Source: Eledone cirrhosa
Lineage: Eukaryota
Direction: 5' to 3'
DNA: 64,000 nt
Assembly: GCA_964016885.1 (NCBI GenBank)
Contig: OZ024751.1
Location: forward strand, 31,744,001-31,808,000
The stretch's first letter is position 1. Each line of letters starts with the position of its first letter. Made by a program: the position numbers and the translations under genes. Positions 48,401 to 56,900 of the stretch are shown in pieces. The notes beneath the pieces were generated by a model. That model worked only from the letters and a program-made list of their open reading frames with translations, was not told where the DNA came from and did no database searches.

Positions 48401-50919
48401 TCCGAAATTATCAGGAGATGTAAGTATCATTTTCTTTTAGAGAGAAAGAGAGGGAAGGGGGGGGGGGGGCAGAAGGAAGAATAATCTCCAGTATGTGACT
48501 GGTACTTGTTTATCAACCTTTGCAACCTTTGAGAGAGAGGAAGAATCGACCCCAGTACGTGACTGGTACTTTTTTTTCACCATCCTTTGAAAGAGAGAGA
48601 GAAAGAGAAGTCCAGTACAAAACTGGTACTTTTTTTTTATCAATCTTTGAGAGAGAGAAAGAGAGTCAACCCCAACACTAGACTGACACTTTTAAAATCG
48701 ACCTTTGAAAAGATGAACAGCAAAGTTGACTATGGCAGGATTTGAACTCAGATCACAGAGAGCTGGAACAAATACCAGAAAGTATTCTATCTGACGTTCT
48801 AACGACTTCTCTAATTTGCCACCATGATGGGAAACAAAGTTTGCCCTATCTTTGTCTGCTAAGTTCTCATTTTGATTCCACCAGCTACAGCTCTTACTTT
48901 CTTTTAGAAACCTATTACAAAAGTATGGTAATAATGTTTGTTTATAATTTAGGGAAATTTTTTGATTTCTTATATAACTAATATGATAAATATCTTTCTT
49001 TGCACAGTCTTGTTGGCTGCAGCAGTACGATGACTGTTTAGAGTTCACACAGAAGATGGTGCCTGCTGACTTCTTAACATTTATAGAATCCATTACATTT
49101 GTGTCACCATCAAGAGAAAAGGTAAATGTCAATATATATATATATATCAGCCCTCTACCTCTAACATCTACACATCTATTTAGTATGATGTATTAATATA
49201 ATTTTTGTTTTGTGTCTCTCTAAGGTATTTTTATTATAACAATGATTAAGAATTGTGGTGTAGATATGTCATATTTTCTTTTCTATTCCACAGTTGACAC
49301 TAAACTGCAGGGAAAACATTCTTAAGAAGGCCTTAAAATATTGTTACCAAGATGAAGGAAAGAAGAAGAAAAAGCAAGATGATAGCAAGTAAATATATAA
49401 TATTTTGGTTGGTTTATGTGTGTTAGTATGGTGACCGGCATTGTCTATTGTTAGATGTAGCTGAACATGTCATCCACTATGGCAAGTCTTGTATAGTGGT
49501 AAGAAACTCTCAGGAGAGCTGGACAGCAGGTCTTGAGAGAACTTAAAATATATGTAGGGGTTTTTAATCTTTTACTTGTCTATCACCATATTTCTAATGA
49601 AAGACACTGTCTGTAATTTTCAAATCATTTTGAAAATGAAGAATTTGAAGATATTTATTTATTTATATAACTTACTCATTATTCAAGCTGATGTTTATAA
49701 TCTTAATGAAAGTTCTTCCATAAAATTATGATGGAAGTTTTTAGGATGAATATAAACACTTTAAAACATTTAAACCAACAGATAGCTTTGTATTGTAGAT
49801 CCAGGGTGGGCCTCCGGGGGTGTGGTATCAAAAGGGTTAATCTGCATAAACTTTACTTTATTTATGGTGGTATTTGTTAGGGAACCTGGAACTGCCAGTA
49901 AGCCAAAGAGCATTGATGAAATGTGAAACCAGTGTGTTTGTAATGTATCAACAAATATATACATATATATAAAAAGAGAGATATGAACCTGACCGTGATG
50001 CCAAGTGGTTTTGGCTTGTGTGTTCATATGTGTGATATATATATATCAAAGTTAAAAAATTAAAATCTGTTCCAAAGTCTGTCCCAAGCCATCAGGCTCT
50101 TCAGGCCGATGCTTATCTCCAGTTTCATTTTCCATCAGCATTAATGGAGGATGGGTGGTCCATGTTTGATGTGCTGAATTTGGAGGGTGAGTGTGGTTTG
50201 GTTTGGCAGGAGTCATGGGTACAGGCTAGCGTTTGGTTTAGGGTGTTTGCTGAGGGTTAGTAGAATAATAATGGTCTTATTTACATACACACATGCGTGC
50301 ACACGCACACAATACTCTGTCATTATTAAAATGCTTTGTTTTTTTTACCTTTGTGTGAAAAATGTGATATGTTTTCTAGATGTGATGTAACGTGGGTTAT
50401 AGCTGCAGATACAATTGAGAGATATCTCGAGCATTTACGGTCTCAAAAGAATCCTGTAATAGAAAAACTACAATCCTCTAAAGAGACAGCTATGAAACAA
50501 TATGTGAAACAGTTTGATCTTTCCATGGGAAATATTGAGCAGGTAAGTGGACAGAAAAATTATTGAGGAGAAAGCAAGTGATCTTGTTCTGTGGGAAGCA
50601 TCAGATGGATACACCAACAGGGGTAGAAGGGAAAGAAATGACATTGATAGCCTACTGGAGAGGATAGTGTGTAAGGGCTCAGATTGTTGATGATGGATAG
50701 AGAGCTTTGTAGGGCAGGTGTAAAGACAGATGGGTGACTTGGTTGTTGGTATAGATAGATAGATAGCTTCCAGTAATGTAAGAGAGCTCAGAAGACTGAT
50801 GGTAGATAGATAGCTTTGGAGGGCATGTGTAGATAGATGAGTGACCTGGGCTATTGTCATAGGTAGATAGATATCCACTGACAGATATGTGTATATATTA
50901 CAATTGACTACTAACACAT

Positions 50920-50992
<73 letters not shown>

Positions 50993-53900
50993 CAGAACGA
51001 GATGTATATATATTACAAGTGGCTAGAGAGGGAGACGAGAGATGGAATAGACTTGACTTCAGTGGGGCTCTGATCGATTTAGATCAATTGAAAGCTTTTG
51101 ATAGGGTTGACTATTGATACCTGGAGGCTGTTCTTCAGCAGCCAGTTTCGGTCTTGTCTTCAGAGGCTGGATCGCTGCAAGGCACAGCAGCATCTGTTTG
51201 GCGGTCAACGTAAATGGCCACTTATTGGAACCATTTCAGATCAGGCGCTCAGTCCGTTAAGTATGCCCTCTCTCCCCTCTGCTGTATATACTGACTCTCG
51301 AGCCACCACTGCGGAAGCTGGAGCTGTTATAAGGCATCCTGCTTGAACCGGGATGTGGAATGGAAGGGCTGCTTCAGCTTATGCAGATGATGTCACCATG
51401 ATAATGTTGAACACCTTGGAAATTGAAATGATTGGCAGTTTTTTAGAGAAATATGAAACATTGATAGAAGTAAAATTCAACCCAGATAATGTATACTTAT
51501 TTAAATGGTCTTTCTTTGTTTTGTTTTTTAGTTAAAGAAATTACATATCCAAATATTGGTGGATGGCAATTCATTGGAATTAATTGAAAAGATTCTGTCT
51601 GTCCAAAGTATCGATGATTGGAATACAGCTTCTGTTGTCCAGAATGCTCTGGTATATTCTATTGACTATACCTGGTAAGTATTTGTCTCTCATATAGACA
51701 CATGCCTGTCTGTGTCTAAAGATGCTCAATATCTATGTATATGTGTGTGTGAAAATGTATATAAATCAATTGTTTTATATATATATATATATGTGTGTGT
51801 GTGAGTGTATGTGTGTGTGTATATGTAATTGTGTGTATATATGTGTGTATATGTATGTATATATATATGTATATATATTGTGTGTATAAGAGAGAAAGTG
51901 TGTATATATATATATATAGACATTTATTCTATAAATATGTGTGAGTGTGAAAGTATAGTCTTTTGTTATGTGTAAAAGTGGAAACAGTCTATTGTATGTG
52001 TTTCATCATCATCATTTTACGTCCGCTTTTCCCTGCTTGCAAGGGTGGGACGGGTCCTATTCAGCGCACTATCTCTCCACTTGTCACGGTCCTTCGTCAT
52101 TTCTTCGGTGAGTTTCAGCGATATGAGGTCTGCTCTCACCACCTTTGCTCATGTTTTACGTAGTCTACCTCTACTGCGTCTTCCTTCTACTGACATTTCT
52201 TGGCACTTCTTTACCCAGCAGTCATCCTCCATACCATCACATGTCCATACCATCTCAGCCTTCTCTCCTGCACTCTACAACTTATCCTTCTTATACCCAG
52301 TTTCTTTCTTAACTCGTCTATGCTTGGTCGTTCACGCACATTTACACTGCACATCCAACGGAGCATACTTGCTTCATTTCTCTCCAGCCGGCACATATCC
52401 TCTGCAGTTGCTGTCGATGTCTTACTACCATGCAGCATCGCGCATCTCACACAGGCATCATATAACCGTCCTTTCATACGCAGGGAGAAACCCTTCTTTG
52501 TCAACAAAGGAAGCAGCTCCCTAAACTTCTTCCAACCCATCCTTATTCTAGATACTATGGCCTCGCCCCCCCCCCCCCCTCCCATGCTAATCTGATCACC
52601 TAGGTACCGGAAGCTATCAACTATTCTATAGAACCCACCTGCATTGGAAAAATGTGTCTATCACTGCGATTAATACTGCCAACTTTCCCTGTACATCTAC
52701 TGCATACGTAGTTTTCCCTACCTGTTAGTTTGCCTGCTATCCCACTACATCTCTTGTGTACCCAAGATCTGCATTGCGTACATTTTATGGAATTTATGCC
52801 AGTTCCTTTCCTAGATATTGAACATGGCCCTGATGGAATCGGAGTATTGTCCTCTCTTCTACTTATCATCACTTTTGTCTTAGCTATGTTCACTCTCGGT
52901 CCTCTTGATTCCAACTGCTGTTTCCATAGCCAGAATTTATTCTCTAGCTTCTCTACTGATTCTGCTATAAGAACCAGATCGTCAGCATAGAGAAGTTCCC
53001 ATGGACAGCCAGTCTTAAACTCCTCTGTTATGGCTTGGAGGACTACAATGAACAAGAGTGGGCTGAGGACTGAACCCTGATGTACACCTACTTGTATCTG
53101 GAATTCCCCACTAAACTCCATTCCTACTCTCACTTTACTGACAGCACCCCTGTTCATAGCTTGCACTGCCCTCACAAGCCATTCCTCTACACCTAGTTTC
53201 CTTAGGGACCACCAGATGACAGATCGGGGTACCCTATCAAAGGCGTTCTCTAGGTCAACAAAAGCTAAGTATAGTGGATTATTCTTCTCTAAGAACTTGT
53301 AGTTGCCTCACTAAGAAGAGAGCATCTGTTGTACTTTTCCGAGGCACAAAACCAAACTGTATCTCATCTAGTTTGACCCTTTCTCTAATCAGTTGCACTA
53401 ATATTCTCTCTACCACTTTCATAATTGATCCATCAGCTTTATACCCCTATAATTGCTCCTCTCTAGAGCATCCCCTTTACCTTTGTAGCAATTTATGAGA
53501 ATACTGCTGCACCAGTCTTTGAGTATGACACCACCATATATAGCCTGATTGATGATGCGTGCAACCAGTTTAATGCCTACTTCATCTGATGTCTTCAGCA
53601 TCTCAGCAACTATCCCCGACAGTCCAGCAGCCTTACCATTCTTCATTTCTTTAATTGCCTCTTGGACCCTATATTCGTCAATCTCAATAGCTGGTCCCTC
53701 TGTCGGGTCTATTGGGGGTAATTTCTCTCTCTCCCATTCGTTCTCCACATTCATCAGTCTCTCATAGTGACATTTCCAGGCCTCCTTTTTTTGATCATTC
53801 GTGACACTAAGTACACTGGCATCATTCCGGACACACTTATCTCCAACAACATCCTGATTTGCATTGACACACTGCCTTGCAATGCGGAACACTGCACGTC

Positions 53901-56900
53901 TCTGATCTTCCAGTCGCAGAACATTGACAAACCTCCTACTCTCAGCCTCCCTGCGTGCTAAGTACACCTGATGTCTAGCTTCTCTCCTAGCGGCTGTGTA
54001 TCCTTCCCTACTTCCACCATTTTTCCAAGCCTTCCATGCCAGTCTTTTGTCTCTAAGGGCCCTATCTACCGTGTTGTTCCACCACCAGGTCACTCTCTGT
54101 CTGGTTGAAGCTCTGCCTCAACCACAAGTTTCTTCAGTAGCCTGCAGTAAGTTGTGTGTATAGACAGTGTCGTATCTATGTCAGACAGTCTATTGTTGTA
54201 TGTGTATATATATATATATATATATATGTGTAAATATGTATGCATATCAATGTAAAAGTGTATACACAGTCTATTGTTCTGTGTGTTTCAGTGATAAAAC
54301 CTGCCATAGCGATATCTTTGACAAACTGGGTGGTATTTCTGTGATTGAAGGTATCGTACAGAATGTAGTGAAACACCAAGAGTCAGGGTGAGTATTATCT
54401 TTCCTTATTAGTTTCTAGGCCGGAAGCTCTAGAGTCTTGGACCATTACCAGCTTTTAACAGCTAGTGGGTGATGGCCTATATTTAACATCTGGTCGTGTT
54501 ACAGTTACATTCGACATCTGGTCTGGGTCACATTCGACATCTGGTCTGGACTCATTACCAGCTTTTAACAGCAGGTAGGTGATGGGCTACATTTAACTGG
54601 TCTGGGCTACATTTGACACCTGGTCTGGAATTATTACCAGCTTTTTATGGCTCTATCTGTGACTAAGCTTAATTTCCTGGCTGTCTTCATTTCTCTTCCT
54701 TTACAGTAAACAAGTCCTTCAGAAAGACATAAAAACATTGCAGATTCTAGTTTCTGTTCTCAAAAGATCTCTATTGATCATTGTGATGATGATAGCTTTT
54801 TATACATTTATAGTTTTAGTTGTCAGTTGTTAACTGCTGATACACCTAAATAAGAAACTTCTATTGATCATTGCAATCATGATGATGATAGCTTTTTATA
54901 TGTTTATATCTGAATATTTTTAGGGGTCAGCTGGTAACTGCTGATGAAATCCTGAGCCAAGTATTACCCTTCTGTTCTGATGTCTCCATTGGTGTCCAGC
55001 CACGACTTAGTTTACTTGCAATGTTAGAAAAGGTAAATAAAAGTTTTACTTTACAGTTGTTTTCTTCTTATCAAACATTAAAAGGTTGCTTAAAAGTTAA
55101 ACACTTGTTTTATTGAACACTATTGAGAGTTATTAGCTGTTGTATCGTCTAACTCATGCTAGCGTGGAAGATGGACGTTAAATGAAGATGATGATGATGA
55201 TGTATGGAACCAACAGACTAATGAAATAAAAATCTTCTGACCCCTTTCATAACCATATTTATATGGCTGGATGCTCTTCCTATCTTCTGATCGACAACAA
55301 CAAATTAGAGATTGACGACGATGAATTTGAAGCTTATGATAACAAATTTTTGATTGATGAATTTGAAATTGACAACGATGAAACGACAACAAAATTGATA
55401 TTAACGAATTTGAGATGGTAACCCTGTAATTTATGTTAATTTATGTTAATTATTTTGTTGATGTTTTCATTATCAGAACTTTCATCTTAAACCCGAAGAT
55501 GTGAAATTGTTGATGTTTTACCGAACTAGCGCCATCATTGAGGAATCTTGGCCAGAGTACAAGGTAATTAATCAATCCCTTTGTTGCCGTATCTCTAACA
55601 AAATAAATACACTGTCTATGTGTTTCAAATAATTTGGAAAATAATCGAACATTTTGAGGAATTTAATAAAATAACATTTGTAAGATGATATTTAGATCAT
55701 TACTTATAGATTTCTGAAATAAAATTATGATGGAAGGTTTTAAATATCAGGATAAACATTTTGAAATGAGCAAGTTTTGTATCAGGCAACTGGCAAGAGA
55801 CGCAGAGGTCGACCTTGAGTAAGATGGTTGGATAACATATTGATGAGCTTGGTTGGTCTCACTTGAGGATCCAGCCAGATCAATGGATGACAGTTCCTTC
55901 TGATAAGATCCTCTGGAAAACATATTTGACTCTGTTCTCACAACACTCCCAGGAATAGATGGACAATGAAGAAAAAGAAGTTTTCTATCCTAAACCCAAG
56001 GGCAGTTTTAGGTGGGTTTGTATATTAAAAGGGTTAAAACAATATTTCATTTAGCCACATAGATTAACCATCTTATCGTCTTTTACTGTAGATCACAAAT
56101 CTTTTCAAGATGAAATTAAATTATGAAAAAAAATCCACGTTTTAATATAAATTGAATGAAATTAACAGTTCATCTCCTTCATCATTCTGGAATGAAATTT
56201 TCTAAGTAATCTTTCTCTTCCAAACAGATCAGCAATAAAGAAATTGAGTCTAATGCATCGCGTCACAAATTGTTCACCAACTTACTTACGTCAAGCACCA
56301 ACAATAATCAATTTACTGCAGTTTGTCAGTTGCTGAAAATGTGGCCTGCATTTGAGAACAGGTAAATTTCTTCTTTCACTGTCAATATTGTTTCAGTTTT
56401 AATGGGGTTATAGTGCAGGCAAATTTGTTCTTTCACTGTCAACATGTAGTACAGGGTGTTGATAATCATAGGCAGTGTTTTTTATTTGAAAACAGGTGGT
56501 ACAGGGTGTTGAAAATCATAGGCAGTGTCTTTTATTAGAAAATTTGTGGTACAGATTGTTAAATCATAGGGACTGTTTTTTTTTAATTAGAAATATGGTA
56601 ACGAAAGGGGTTAAACTACACTTTAATGTTTCAATCTCCTCATTTTCTATTATGTTTTTCTTCCTGCATGCAATGTAACAGCAATCAAAACACTGCTTCT
56701 GAAAACCCCTGGATTCAACTGGTGACAACCATGACTACCTTCTCTGATTGTGTTCCAATGATAGGAACCATTTTAAAAGACATTCCTGAAGAGGCAGCTC
56801 TGAGTGAAGAGGTAATGATTTTACTTTTATGAAATTAGTATTAAATGTCTTGTTAATTCAACTATTGAACTGTTCATAAATAAGGTACTGTGTTGAGGGG

